In this document: positions 63,985-64,000 of the stretch, piece by piece
Layout: each line of letters starts with the position of its first letter
How positions within the stretch are numbered: position 1 is the stretch's first letter
NCBI GenBank assembly: GCA_040389905.1
Contig: JAZJZK010000002.1
Coordinates: forward strand, 23,401 to 87,400
Length of the DNA stretch: 64,000 bases
Source of the DNA: Gemmatimonadota bacterium
GTDB lineage: Bacteria; Gemmatimonadota; Gemmatimonadetes; Gemmatimonadales; Gemmatimonadaceae
Reading direction: 5' to 3'
The notes under the pieces: generated by a model
The model's database searches: none
Seen by the model: only the letters and a program-made list of their open reading frames with translations
Told to the model about the DNA's origin: nothing
Made by a program: the position numbers and the translations under genes

Positions 63985-64000
63985 GTTTTGTCGCCCTGAG
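63985..64000 (-). repeat. Partial REP-like unit at the window edge
   Basis: GTTTTGTCGCCCTGAG is the reverse complement of CTCAGGGCGACAAAAC seen at 23873 and 56878. Confidence 0.75.

Noticed and set aside
1..64000. tRNA, rRNA, riboswitch, prophage or integrase
   Set aside because: None recognised by eye; a tRNAscan/Infernal search would be needed to exclude small RNAs.

Overview
High-GC bacterial chromosomal window. The gene repertoire (PadR/ADOP permease pair, matrixins, secreted serine hydrolases, TonB receptor, NHL lyase) suggests a Gemmatimonadota/Acidobacteriota-like organism, which is an inference. It holds about 55 CDSs and no rRNA, tRNA or CRISPR array that I can support. Main blocks: a MacAB-type ABC exporter (19.0-23.3 kb), an oxalate-assimilation operon oxlT-panE2-oxalate:CoA ligase-glyoxylate aminotransferase (26.1-31.7 kb), a PQQ dehydrogenase plus cytochrome c, a Wzm/Wzt glycosyltransferase cluster (36.6-47.5 kb), a heme c/PHM-like copper monooxygenase pair, a Phd-VapC toxin-antitoxin pair and several peptidases. 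The most striking observation is a 591-bp element (28423-29013) with ~55-bp terminal inverted repeats built from 9-bp units and carrying only a GxxExxY nuclease-like gene. It sits exactly between a stop codon and the next start codon of the oxalate operon. Gene-less hairpins made of the same or similar 9-bp units are scattered across the window, some nested with a second 42-bp REP-like family, and a mirror-image G/T versus C/A compositional skew surrounds the element. Also notable are a stand-alone 27-codon RiPP-leader-like sORF with its own promoter and terminator, and a 21-bp-periodic degenerate array at 541-793.
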